This document shows, piece by piece, positions 19,838-31,415 of a stretch of 64,000 nt of DNA. A model generated the notes under the pieces. The model did no database searches and had not been told where the DNA came from. It was given only the letters and a program-made list of their open reading frames with translations. This stretch comes from Myxococcales bacterium (GTDB lineage Bacteria; Myxococcota_A; Polyangia; Polyangiales; Polyangiaceae). Location of the stretch: the NCBI GenBank assembly GCA_043747615.1, contig JAYTOU010000038.1:61992-125991 (forward strand). Reading direction: 5' to 3'. The position numbers were made by a program, and so were the translations under genes. How positions within the stretch are numbered: position 1 is the first letter of the stretch; each line of letters opens with the position of its first letter.

Positions 19838-21982
19838 TCAGCGCGCACACGTGCTGGCGGCGGGCACGTACACCTGCACGGAGAATGGCGCGGGTTCAAG
19901 GTTTGTCAACTCAGGGCTGAGTGACGCATGCGATCCCTCGAGAAGATCCTGGTAATCGCCGCCTTCGATTCCGGGAAGCGGCACGGACAACGGGGCCACG
20001 GGGTTGCGCGTGACGACCACGATCGCACGCCCCCCCGACGCGGACTCGCGCGCGTAGATCAGATGCTCGGCATCGGTGTAGAGCGTCCGGTAGGTACCGC
20101 GGCGAAGCGCTTCGGAGCAGGCGCGCGCGCGGCCGAGAGCAGCCATCTTGGCCCGGGTCTGCTTCTGTAGTGCGGAGAGATCCGCCTCTGCAGGCATCAC
20201 GTGACGCGAGTCCGGATCGGCGCGGCCCGCGAGCCCGATCTCGTCACCGTAGTAGACGACCGGCGCGCCAGGGAGCGTGAACACCAGACCGAGCGCGAGC
20301 TGCTGTTTGGCGTACACCCGGGGGTCGATGGACTGCGCGGCGGAGACCCAGCCGTCCCCGTCCGCGTCGCCCGCGCTCACCGAAGCAAAGCGCGAGACGT
20401 CGTGATTGCCGATGGTCAGCCCCATCACCGCGCCCGATCCGTTCCAGGTCTCCTCGCCGATATGCACGGTGGTCTCGAGGTCGGTCATCGGTGCGCTCAT
20501 CTCGGCGATCGTCCGGCGCAGAGACCACATGAGCGGAAAATGAAATTCGCTGTCGAGCCCGAACGGCCCAAGCTCGTAGCGAAGAAGTCCGTAGCCGCCC
20601 GGGCCGGTGAAGTTCTCGCCAAGGAGGAGCGTCTTGTGTCCGGGGTAGTCGTAGCGTGCGCGCACCGCCGCGGCGATTCGTCGTGACGCAGCTCGGGGCA
20701 TCATGGGCACGGCGTCGATACGCAGCCCATCACCATCGAAGCGATCCAGCCAGAAAAGCACGTCGTCCGTGATCTGATCCGCCACGGCGGGCTTCGTCCA
20801 ATCGAGATCCGGAAGGTACGGCGCGAACCAGCAGTCGAGAATGTGAGAGGCCCAGTCGCAGGTGCCGGTGCCACAAATGCATTTGCCACCCGGGTCGTTG
20901 AACCAATCGTCCGTGGCGTGCTTCTGCACGTAGGGGTGCTGCTCGTGCACGTGGTTGGGAACGACGTCGAAGATCACCCGAAGCCCGCGGGCGTGGGCCG
21001 CGGCGATGAGGGCGTCGAGATCCGCTTCGCTGGCGACCGCGGGCTCGAGGGCGCGTGAGTCGACGGGCCAGTAGCCGTGGTAGCCCGAGTAGGGTCGTCC
21101 GTCGTTGCCGGGAAACGTTCCCTCCGGATTCTTGTAGAGCGGGCTCAGCCAGATCGTGTTGATCCCCAGCTGGGTGAGCTCACCGCTCTCGATGGCCGAG
21201 CGCACGCCGCGAAGATTTCCGCCGGCCCGCAGCGAAGGGAGCGCTGGCGCGGGAAGAGCGCCCTTTTCGTTCCGATAACGATCGACCATCACTTGGTAGA
21301 TGACGCTGTCGCGAACGTCGAACGGCGTCTTCTCGATCCACAAGGTGGCAAGCGATCCGGCGGCGTCGTGGCCCGCGCTGTCCTTGGCGGCGACGCGGAT
21401 CGTGTGCTTGCCTGGAGCGAGCGCGCCGAAGGTGAGGGTCAGCGTTCCTTTCTGGGGATCAGCCTCGACGCGGTCGGGAATGATGACGTCGCCGCTCCGC
21501 TCTGTCGCCCGGATGGATGCCGGATCGAGGGGATTTCCCGCGCGAGAAGCGAGAAAAGATGCGGCAACGCGGGCGTGACCGTCCATCGATCCGTCTGCAG
21601 ACTCGACGCGCACCGCGGGCTCGTCGCAGCTTGGCGTTGAGAGCCACGCGACCTCGTGACCCTCGTGAAACGCGCTCGTGGGGACGTTGGGATCGCTTAT
21701 CCACACGCCGTCTTCGACGATCCCGTACGCGTTTTCTCCGGGCGGAAGATCGTACGTCGTCGCGCGCCATCCATCGGCGCGGTCCGTCGAAAGGACACGG
21801 CCCGGTCGTTTCCAAGTTTCCCAGCTGGCCACGATCTCCACCGTCGACGCCGGGCTTGCCGCACGATGCCAGATCGTCAGAGCGCACGAGCGCGCGGGGA
21901 TGGCCGGCCCAGCCGGAGCATCATGGCAGGAGACGCCCGTGGTGAGGACGAGCGCAAGAAGCAGAGGCGCGTGGCGTCGCAC
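19838..21982 (-). CDS. GH13 lipoprotein with CBM48-like and Ig-like domains
   Basis: Lipobox TGVSC, YHGYWP, DGLRIDAV, LGENF, IGNHD, YYGDEIG. Confidence 0.9.
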   Translation of the reverse strand: MRRHAPLLLALVLTTGVSCHDAPAGPAIPARSCALTIWHRAASPASTVEIVASWETWKRPGRVLSTDRADGWRATTYDLPPGENAYGIVEDGVWISDPNVPTSAFHEGHEVAWLSTPSCDEPAVRVESADGSMDGHARVAASFLASRAGNPLDPASIRATERSGDVIIPDRVEADPQKGTLTLTFGALAPGKHTIRVAAKDSAGHDAAGSLATLWIEKTPFDVRDSVIYQVMVDRYRNEKGALPAPALPSLRAGGNLRGVRSAIESGELTQLGINTIWLSPLYKNPEGTFPGNDGRPYSGYHGYWPVDSRALEPAVASEADLDALIAAAHARGLRVIFDVVPNHVHEQHPYVQKHATDDWFNDPGGKCICGTGTCDWASHILDCWFAPYLPDLDWTKPAVADQITDDVLFWLDRFDGDGLRIDAVPMMPRAASRRIAAAVRARYDYPGHKTLLLGENFTGPGGYGLLRYELGPFGLDSEFHFPLMWSLRRTIAEMSAPMTDLETTVHIGEETWNGSGAVMGLTIGNHDVSRFASVSAGDADGDGWVSAAQSIDPRVYAKQQLALGLVFTLPGAPVVYYGDEIGLAGRADPDSRHVMPAEADLSALQKQTRAKMAALGRARACSEALRRGTYRTLYTDAEHLIYARESASGGRAIVVVTRNPVAPLSVPLPGIEGGDYQDLLEGSHASLSPELTNLEPAPFSVQVYVPAASTCAR

Positions 21983-22006
21983 GGAGTCCGTCGAGGATGA
22001 CCGATT

Positions 22007-22645
22007 TCAAGCCCCCGCGGTATAGAGCGCGTAGATCGACCCCCAGGCCATCGTCAGGAGCACGAGAAAAAGACTGATCACCACCCACTCGGCGCGCTTC
22101 AACGCCCGCTGGCTCGCGATGACGCCCCACCCCATCGCGAACGAGCCGAGCCCATTGGCGAGGTGATAGGCGGTGCCGAGGCTGCCGAGGAGATAGACGA
22201 CCAGCGTCGGGGTGTGGAAATGCATCTCGTGAGAAATGCTCGCGAAGGTCTCCGCGTGCCCCTCGATCAGCCGCGGATGAATCATCGCTAGCCACAAGTG
22301 CGCGCCGATGAAAAGCGCCACCCCAACCGCGCTGAGACGCTGCAGAGCAAACTTCAGGTTGGAGTAGTAGCGGTAACGAAGGTTGTTCGGCTTGGCCATG
22401 AGGATCCGCCCGATGCCCCACACGGTGTGGATGGCGAGCGGCGCGAGGACCACGATCATCGTTGCGATGTGGGCGACAGGATGCGGGTAGGTAGTGACGG
22501 CCTCGCTCCAGGCTTCGCCGCCACGAAAGGCCGCGAGGTTGTGCCAGAGATGAAGCATCGTCCAGAGTCCGAGCGGAAGCACCGCGAGGAGCGAGCCCAG
22601 GCGTGCCCGAAGAAAACCTACGCGACCGCTCGGCGCATCTGACAT
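22007..22645 (-). CDS. Succinate dehydrogenase cytochrome b558 (SdhC)-like membrane protein, no adjacent sdhAB
   Basis: Five predicted TM helices; His pattern HLWHN, AIHTVWG, GAHLW, YHLANGL; LQRLSA, similar to Bacillus-type SdhC. Confidence 0.8.
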   Translation of the reverse strand: MSDAPSGRVGFLRARLGSLLAVLPLGLWTMLHLWHNLAAFRGGEAWSEAVTTYPHPVAHIATMIVVLAPLAIHTVWGIGRILMAKPNNLRYRYYSNLKFALQRLSAVGVALFIGAHLWLAMIHPRLIEGHAETFASISHEMHFHTPTLVVYLLGSLGTAYHLANGLGSFAMGWGVIASQRALKRAEWVVISLFLVLLTMAWGSIYALYTAGA

Positions 22646-22699
22646 GGTAGGACGGATGTAGGGCTTGGCGCGTCGCGTTGACAAGCTAAACTGCTCGCA

Positions 22700-24151
22700 G
22701 TGACATTCGTAGCTCCCGCGCTCGCCGCGCTTCCTGCTCTTTTAGCTCTTGCGGTCGTCTCGCTCCCCACCACAGCGTACGCTCAGCTCGCACCGCATCC
22801 ACGGGTTGCGGGTACGGAGCTGAACGCCGTCGAGCTCGCACCGCGAGTGGGCTCGTCAGACAACGATCGCCGCGATTGGCGGCAGATCGCCTGGAACGAT
22901 CTCGCGAAGACCACCCTCGCCGCGGGGCCCTACGTCGTTCGTTTTCAAGTGGCTGGCGGAGAGCATCTGGCGCTCGAAGTCCCCGTTTGCGCGGGGCGTG
23001 GACGCGTGCTCGTCGACGGCGTTGCGGTGACGACGGCTGCCGGACCTCTGGTTCTCCCGCTCCCTCCACGCCCTGCAGAAGCGCATCAAGTGGAGATCGA
23101 GCTGACTGTCGGCGGCTACGAGCATCGCGTGGCGTGCGGCGGCGCTCCACGATTCGGCGCGCAGGTCGACACCCGCGAAGGCCTCGGAGTCATCACCTTC
23201 CCCTCAGCGTACGGCGCGCTCGGCGGCGGAAAAGCAGTGGTGTTCGTGCCTCCCGGTCACGACGGGTCGAAGCCCGGCGCCCTGCTCGTGGGGCTCCATC
23301 CGTGGAACGGCGGAACCTGGACCTACGCCGCTTACGCCGAGCTCCTGCGGGAGGCGACGGCGCGTGACGTGATCTTGCTCATGCCGAGCGGGCTCGGAAA
23401 TTCATTGTATACCGCAAGCGCCGAGGACGAGGCCCTTCACGCCATCGATGCCGTGAGCCACGCCTTACCGGTCGATCCGCGAAGGATATCTCTGTGGGGC
23501 GCGTCGATGGGCGGCGCAGGGGCAACGACGATCGGCTTCCATCACCCCGACAAGTTCGCGACGGTCACCAGCTTCTTCGGAGACTCGAAATACGATCTGT
23601 CGACCTACGTGAAGGCGATCTTACCGGACGAAGCGTCGGCGCACCTGGTCAACGCTCTGGACGTCGTGGACAACGCTCGGAACCTCGGAGTGTGGCTGGT
23701 GCACGGCGAAGACGACCACGTCTCTCCGATCGCCCAGAGCAGCATGCTGGCGCAGGCGCTCACTGATCGCGGCTTCGCTGTTCGTTTCGATCGGGTGCCC
23801 CATGCCGGACACGAAGGCTCGCTCGCCGCACGCTTTCTCATCGAGCTCGTCGACAAGGCAAGCGAAGCCCACGTTCCTTCTTTTCCGTCGCGGGTGAGCT
23901 TTCGCAGCGTACGCCCCCTGGACGCCTCCGCGTACGGGGTCCACATTTTTCGCACGGGGGGCGACGCGCTCGTCGATCTCGAGCGGCGCGCCGATGGAAT
24001 TCACGTGCTCAAGGCGACCAACGTGAAGACGATCGAGCTCACACGCGGGAGCCTCGGGGCCACGGAGGGTGCTCCGATCGTGATCGACGATCCCGCAATC
24101 AAAGTCGAGGTTCGCTGGGAGGCGAGCGTCCCGGTCGTCCTTCCGCACTGA
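22700..24151 (+). CDS. Secreted alpha/beta hydrolase (esterase or S9-like)
   Basis: Signal peptide, VGLHPW, GASMGG nucleophile elbow, HGEDD, AGH. Confidence 0.8.
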   Translation: MTFVAPALAALPALLALAVVSLPTTAYAQLAPHPRVAGTELNAVELAPRVGSSDNDRRDWRQIAWNDLAKTTLAAGPYVVRFQVAGGEHLALEVPVCAGRGRVLVDGVAVTTAAGPLVLPLPPRPAEAHQVEIELTVGGYEHRVACGGAPRFGAQVDTREGLGVITFPSAYGALGGGKAVVFVPPGHDGSKPGALLVGLHPWNGGTWTYAAYAELLREATARDVILLMPSGLGNSLYTASAEDEALHAIDAVSHALPVDPRRISLWGASMGGAGATTIGFHHPDKFATVTSFFGDSKYDLSTYVKAILPDEASAHLVNALDVVDNARNLGVWLVHGEDDHVSPIAQSSMLAQALTDRGFAVRFDRVPHAGHEGSLAARFLIELVDKASEAHVPSFPSRVSFRSVRPLDASAYGVHIFRTGGDALVDLERRADGIHVLKATNVKTIELTRGSLGATEGAPIVIDDPAIKVEVRWEASVPVVLPH

Positions 24152-24154
24152 CGC

Positions 24155-25552
24155 ATGTCGCGCGTTCGCCAGGTCATTCTCGTGGCGACGCCGATGGTGG
24201 CGGCGGCGACCCTGGCCCTCGGTCTTCGCATCGGGGCGCGCGATGCGGTACGCGCCGCCCTCGTCTATTCCGCGCCACCGGCAAAGGCCAGGAGAGGGTT
24301 CGCCTGGCAGGTGCAGGCGATGCGCGAAGAGCTGGGGGTGCGAGAGGTGCTCCCGCTGGCTTCGCTCCGCGTGCACGCGCGCAGCGGATTCAAAGAGGCG
24401 ACATGGAGCGGCTCGACCAACGTCGACGGCGTCGCCGAAGTGTGGCTCGATCTTCCGAGCGCGGACGCAGACGACGCCGTGGAGCTCTCCGTGGAGGCCG
24501 GGGAAACCCTTGCGGCGGGGACGGTGCGCTTCGCGAAGGAGGCGCGCCGATGGGGCGAAGGCTCCACGAAACAAGGTGCGTTACCGCCTTCGAGGCGCGA
24601 TGGAGCGATCCTCCTCGACGTCGCGGTGAGCGGGCAAAAGATGACGCCGGGATTTCCGACGAGCCTCTGGGTACGCGCCACCGACGCCATCGGCGGATCG
24701 CCACTCGGCGGCGTTCGCATCGACACCGAGCCCGAGCCCGGCTTGACGTTTGCCACCCCGTCGGTCGTCACGTGCAGCAATGGATGGGTCGAGATTCCAG
24801 GAACGGCGAGCGGGCACGTCATAGGAACCGGTCTGGTTGCAAAAGCAAAAGATGGTCGCGAGGGCCACTGGTATGGCGCGCTCCCGGTGGCTGCGGGCTC
24901 GGCGTTCGTGGCCATCCCCGCGCACGTCGCTCCGAACACGCCGCTGACGCTCGAGGCCGTTCTGCCGACCGTGCGACGACTGGGCTACGCCGAGGTGGAT
25001 GACGACAACGGAAGGGCATTCGCGCAGACGCTCTCTTTCGAGCCTGACTCGGAGGGATTTCTCCGCGCGTCGATCGATCTGCCGGCGCTCGCCGCGGGAG
25101 CGTACTGGCTGGTGACATCGGGAGAGCCGGGCGGCGCGGAGACTCTCACGGGGTCGGCGATAGCCCGGCCCTTTTACGTCGGCGACGCTCCCTTCGGCGA
25201 TCCGGTCTGCGGCGCCGGTTCCTCTGTCGCGGTCGCCGAGGCCGGTCACTTCACGCGCACGCTTGCCCTCGACGGCTTCATCGCTACCCGCGCGCCGGCG
25301 TGCGCCAAACGCGAACGTGGTCGAACGATCGCGCTTTCAGGGCTCCTCTTCGCCGCGGTCCTGGAGACACTTCTCATCGTAAGCGGCGCTCGCTCCAACG
25401 CAAAAGAGCGCGCGCGCGAAGAGCTCGCACTCGGCGGCGAAACCCGTGGAAGCGTGGGTTTTCGTGCGACCTGGCTGCATGTCGCCATCGGCCTTTGCGT
25501 AGCTCTCCTCGGCTTCGCGCTCCTCGCGGCGATGCTCCTCTACCGATCGTAG
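24155..25552 (+). CDS. Hypothetical membrane protein
   Basis: Long ORF 3 bp after the hydrolase; one N-terminal and two C-terminal hydrophobic segments around a beta-rich region. Confidence 0.7.
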   Translation: MSRVRQVILVATPMVAAATLALGLRIGARDAVRAALVYSAPPAKARRGFAWQVQAMREELGVREVLPLASLRVHARSGFKEATWSGSTNVDGVAEVWLDLPSADADDAVELSVEAGETLAAGTVRFAKEARRWGEGSTKQGALPPSRRDGAILLDVAVSGQKMTPGFPTSLWVRATDAIGGSPLGGVRIDTEPEPGLTFATPSVVTCSNGWVEIPGTASGHVIGTGLVAKAKDGREGHWYGALPVAAGSAFVAIPAHVAPNTPLTLEAVLPTVRRLGYAEVDDDNGRAFAQTLSFEPDSEGFLRASIDLPALAAGAYWLVTSGEPGGAETLTGSAIARPFYVGDAPFGDPVCGAGSSVAVAEAGHFTRTLALDGFIATRAPACAKRERGRTIALSGLLFAAVLETLLIVSGARSNAKERAREELALGGETRGSVGFRATWLHVAIGLCVALLGFALLAAMLLYRS

Positions 25553-25555
25553 CGT

Positions 25556-27235
<1,680 letters not shown>

Positions 27236-27291
27236 CGCGGATAAGTCTACACCCAGTGCGCGGCCGCAGTTTTGCGTCTAAGCTGTAAATC

Positions 27292-30200
27292 GTGCGGTTT
27301 CGACGAGCCCTGACGCTGCTCACTCTGGCGATCACGCTCACGCCCGCGTTTTCGGTCAGCGCCCAGCCGGACTTCGATCCGCGCGGTCGCCACAAGCCGC
27401 CGCCGGCGCCGCATCCTCCGACCCATCCGCAACCGCACGGCCCACAAAGCCCGGCGGCGCCAACGAAGCCCGTCAACTCCGCCACGCCCGACGGCGCATC
27501 CGCGGGGGTGCTCATCGAGCGCTACACGCGCGTCGTTCTCTCTCAGCCCGGCTCGCCGTTTCCACTGCAGCGCCTCGCGCAGCTGTATCGCGACAAGGAT
27601 GGAAATCTCGGCGGCCTCGTCACGGATTTCGAGCAGCGCGCGGCGCAGCCTGGACCCGATCAATATCCGTCAACGGTGACGCTCGCTGGAATCTACAAGA
27701 TCGACGGCCGCCAAGAAGATGCGGTGAAGACGTACGAAAAAGCGATCGCCCTGAAGGCGAGCGATCCCACGGCGCTGATGGCCCTCGCGCGCGTGCTCCA
27801 GGATCGCGGAGACGCAGCCCCCGCCCGGGCCCGCTACGAACAGGCCCTCTTGCTGCAAACGGTGGCGAGCGACAAAGAGCAAACCCTCCGCACGCTAATG
27901 GCTCTCGCCCTCGATGGAAAGGATTGGGCCGGAGCAAAAGGCTTTCATGTGCAGCTCGTGAAGATGCAGCCGACCAGCCTCTTCGTGAAGGGCGAGCTCG
28001 GGCGAGAGCTCTTCGCGCGCGGTGAGTTCGAACGCTCCGAAGCGGAGTTCAAGGATCTAGTGAACGCCGCCGCGGGGGACAACCGCGCGCTCGCCCCGGC
28101 ACTGAAGGATCTCGGACGAGCGCAGGCAAAGGCCCACAAGAATCAGGAGGCGGTGGCCACTTTAAAAAGGGGCCTGACCGCAGCCGGCGCCGAGGCCGCG
28201 GTGCGCGCCGAGATCTACGAGACCATCACCGAGATCTATCGCGCCGATCAGCAGCTGCCGATCCTCATCAAGCAGATCGAGGACGAGCATCCCACCGACT
28301 TCGGTCGGCTCGCGCTCCTCGGCTCGCTCTACGAGGAAACGGGCGATGCGCTCAATGCCCTGAAGACGTACCAGAAAGCGCTGGCCATCAATCCGCGTCA
28401 CATCGATCTCCGCTTGAAGATGATCCGCCTCCTCCAGGGACAAGGGGAGCTCGACAAGGCGATCGCCGAGTACGAAGGGCTTATCCGGTCCGCGCCGAAC
28501 AATCCCGCGTTCGTCTTCGAGCAGTGTGATGCGCTCCTCCAGCGCGGCGATCGAGCGCGTGCGCTCAAGCTCCTGAACGAGCTCGAAGCGCGCGCAAGCA
28601 CCGACGAAGAAGTGCTCAGCCGCCTGGCGGATTTCTACGGGCGCATCGGGGAGAACGACAAATCACTCCAGGTCCTCACCCGTCTCGCACAAGTGGGCGC
28701 AAACGATCCGTCGCACCTCGTCGATCTCGGCGATCGTTATTTTCAGGACAACAACGTGAGTCTCGCGGTGCAGACGTGGAAGCGGATCTTGCTCACGGTC
28801 ACGCCGCGCGCCCGTGCTTTATCGGCGCTCGGAGAGGTGTACCTCGAGCACGAGATGACCTCGGAAGCGCTCCTGGTGTTGAAGGAAGCGCTGTCCCTCG
28901 ACCCTCAGAACCTAGGCTACAAGAAGCAGCTCGCGGGGGCCTTGGAGCGCGCGAAAAATTACCGCGAGGCACGCCTGCTCTGGCAAGAGCTCGCCGATAA
29001 GTCGCGCAAGACGAACGACAAAGTCATGGCTCGAGAAGCGCGAACGCACATGGTGACGCTCTGGGGTCTCGAGCACATCATCGAATCGCAAGTGGCGCCG
29101 CTCACCGTCCAATTCAACGGGAAGCCGCCGGACGTAGAAGCCGGGCGCACGCTGGCCGAAGTGCAGCTTCATCTCCGCAAGCTCTCCGACGCAGAGGCTA
29201 CGCTTCGCAGAGTCATCGGGAACGCGCCCGGCGACGCAGACAGCTACCTCGCGCTCGAGCGGGTGCTCGTGCAAGAGGTCAAGCTGCTCGACGCGATCGC
29301 CGTCCTCGAAAAATTGGTGGTCGTGGAACCGAAGCGCGCGCGCGAGCTCTACCAGCGCATGGCGCAGTACGCCCTCCAGCTCTATCGCGACGACGACGCG
29401 ATCCGGTATGCGGCGCGGGCCGTGGAGCTCAATCCGGACGACGCCGAAGGTCACCGCCGACTCGGAGAAATGTACCGCTCGCGGCAAGACAACGAGCACG
29501 CGATAAGCGAGTTTCGGGCGGCCCTCGCCAAGAACGATCGCAACTACATGGTCTACTTCGAGCTGGCCGATCTCCTCCTCTCGAAGGGAGAGACGGACGA
29601 AGCGGATCGCTTGTTTCGCCGGGTGATTCGCGGTGCGCCGGACGAAGAGCTCGTCGCGCGTGCCTCGCGTCTCTCGATGCAAATCAACCTCGGGAAGGGG
29701 ACGCTCGAGTCGCTCGAGCAGGAGCTCCTCCCGCTGGCCATCGGCAATCCACAGAAGACGATCTACCGCCGCCTGCTCGTTGAAATTTACGGAAATCTCA
29801 CCTTTGGCTTGGTGCAGAAGGTTCGCCACGCCGAGGGCAAAGACGGCGAGGACGCGCGCGTCGCCCTTGAACGCATCCGATCACGAGCCGTAAAACCGTT
29901 GCTCGACGCCTTGGCAGACTCGGATGCGGGTCAGCAGCGAATCGCGATCGACGTCCTCGGGTACGTGCAGAACAAGAACGCAGGGCCTGCGCTTTTTGCT
30001 TTTGCGGTGGGGCCCGCGGAGTCGCAGCTTCGAGCGAGGGCCATGGTGGCCTGCGGCGCGCTTCGCGATCCCGCGCTCCTTCCGAAGTATGGCGCCCTCC
30101 TTTTCCCGAAGGGAGCTCAGCTCGAAGAAGGCACACCGACCGACGCCGTGGCCCTCGCTGCGGTGTGGGGCCTCGCGCGTATGGCGGACAAACGCACGAC

Positions 30201-31413
30201 GACGGATCTTCGAGCGCTCACGAAGCGCGGCACGCCGGAGATGCGGGCGCTCGCCGTTCTCGGCCTCGGCCTTCTGCACGACAAGAACTCCATCGCGCTC
30301 GTCGCCACCACGGCACGCGGGCTAGATTCGGGAAACGTCGCGCGTGCGGCGGCGGCCTACGCCCTCGGCGAGCTCGCTGCCGAAGCCGAGGTGGCGACGC
30401 TTCTGTCGCTTGCCGCAGGAACCGACGCGCTACCCAGACAGCTCGCGCTCATCGCCTTGGCGCGGATGGGCGTCGCTCACGGGGGCAATCCGCCCGGCGG
30501 AAAAGCGGCGCTCGGGGCGATGGCCGATGCGGTCTTCGCTGGCGCCGAGCTGGAGAGCGCGCGGGCGCGAGCGACGGCCGAGGCACTCCAGAGAGCGGGA
30601 AGCGCGTCCCTCATCGTTCTCGCAAATCCGGGTGTTCACGCGGTGAGAGACACCCTGCCCGTTCCTGACGGCGGCGCGATCGAAGTAGAGCTCACCCTCG
30701 AGCAGCTCGTACCCCGCAGTTTTACGGAGAAGGAACGAGCCGCTGCGGTCGTGAAGTACGGCGACTACCTCGAGCGTGCGGCGCTGACCGCCCTTCAAAT
30801 TTCGACCGATCGTGCGCGCGCGGTTCTCGACGCCGTCGGAACGGGGGACGGCGCGCTCCGCCCGTTCGTAGGGTCGGAGGCGACGGCGATTTCGGCGCAA
30901 GCACAGACGCGGGCAAAGGCGCTCGCCCACACGCTCGAGCCAGCGGTCGTCACCCACGTGAGAAGCCCGGATCCGGCGCTACGTATGAAGGCCATCGTTC
31001 TCCTCGCGCATTCACCGAGCGACGCCGCAACGAGCGCGGTGATGAGCGCCCTCGACGACACGAACGAAACGGTGCAGCGCGTGGCCCTCGCAGCGATCGG
31101 ATCGCAAGGAGACCCGCGCGCGGTGACCGCGGTCTCGAGGCTCGTGCATACGCACCCGAACTGGGCGATGCGCGTCCTCGCCGTCGAGGCTCTCGGCAGG
31201 ATGGGAAGCGCGGGGAACGGCGTCGAGGCAGGCAAGCAGCTTCGGGCGGCGGCGGTGAACGACACCTATGCGCTCGTCCGTGAGGCGGCGCTGAAATCGC
31301 TCTCGTCGTTCGATGTGCGCGGCGCCCAGCAGCTCGGCCTGCAGATGTCGAAGAGCGATCCCGAGCCCAGGGTTCGGGAGACCGCGCGGATCATCGCGGC
31401 CGGTGGGCGCTGA
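27292..31413 (+). CDS. Large exported TPR plus HEAT repeat protein (1373 aa)
   Basis: Signal peptide, Pro-rich linker, many TPR units, then HEAT/PBS-type repeats (RAAAAYALGEL, VQRVALAAIG, VREAALKSL). Confidence 0.88.
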   Translation: MRFRRALTLLTLAITLTPAFSVSAQPDFDPRGRHKPPPAPHPPTHPQPHGPQSPAAPTKPVNSATPDGASAGVLIERYTRVVLSQPGSPFPLQRLAQLYRDKDGNLGGLVTDFEQRAAQPGPDQYPSTVTLAGIYKIDGRQEDAVKTYEKAIALKASDPTALMALARVLQDRGDAAPARARYEQALLLQTVASDKEQTLRTLMALALDGKDWAGAKGFHVQLVKMQPTSLFVKGELGRELFARGEFERSEAEFKDLVNAAAGDNRALAPALKDLGRAQAKAHKNQEAVATLKRGLTAAGAEAAVRAEIYETITEIYRADQQLPILIKQIEDEHPTDFGRLALLGSLYEETGDALNALKTYQKALAINPRHIDLRLKMIRLLQGQGELDKAIAEYEGLIRSAPNNPAFVFEQCDALLQRGDRARALKLLNELEARASTDEEVLSRLADFYGRIGENDKSLQVLTRLAQVGANDPSHLVDLGDRYFQDNNVSLAVQTWKRILLTVTPRARALSALGEVYLEHEMTSEALLVLKEALSLDPQNLGYKKQLAGALERAKNYREARLLWQELADKSRKTNDKVMAREARTHMVTLWGLEHIIESQVAPLTVQFNGKPPDVEAGRTLAEVQLHLRKLSDAEATLRRVIGNAPGDADSYLALERVLVQEVKLLDAIAVLEKLVVVEPKRARELYQRMAQYALQLYRDDDAIRYAARAVELNPDDAEGHRRLGEMYRSRQDNEHAISEFRAALAKNDRNYMVYFELADLLLSKGETDEADRLFRRVIRGAPDEELVARASRLSMQINLGKGTLESLEQELLPLAIGNPQKTIYRRLLVEIYGNLTFGLVQKVRHAEGKDGEDARVALERIRSRAVKPLLDALADSDAGQQRIAIDVLGYVQNKNAGPALFAFAVGPAESQLRARAMVACGALRDPALLPKYGALLFPKGAQLEEGTPTDAVALAAVWGLARMADKRTTTDLRALTKRGTPEMRALAVLGLGLLHDKNSIALVATTARGLDSGNVARAAAAYALGELAAEAEVATLLSLAAGTDALPRQLALIALARMGVAHGGNPPGGKAALGAMADAVFAGAELESARARATAEALQRAGSASLIVLANPGVHAVRDTLPVPDGGAIEVELTLEQLVPRSFTEKERAAAVVKYGDYLERAALTALQISTDRARAVLDAVGTGDGALRPFVGSEATAISAQAQTRAKALAHTLEPAVVTHVRSPDPALRMKAIVLLAHSPSDAATSAVMSALDDTNETVQRVALAAIGSQGDPRAVTAVSRLVHTHPNWAMRVLAVEALGRMGSAGNGVEAGKQLRAAAVNDTYALVREAALKSLSSFDVRGAQQLGLQMSKSDPEPRVRETARIIAAGGR

Positions 31414-31415
31414 GC

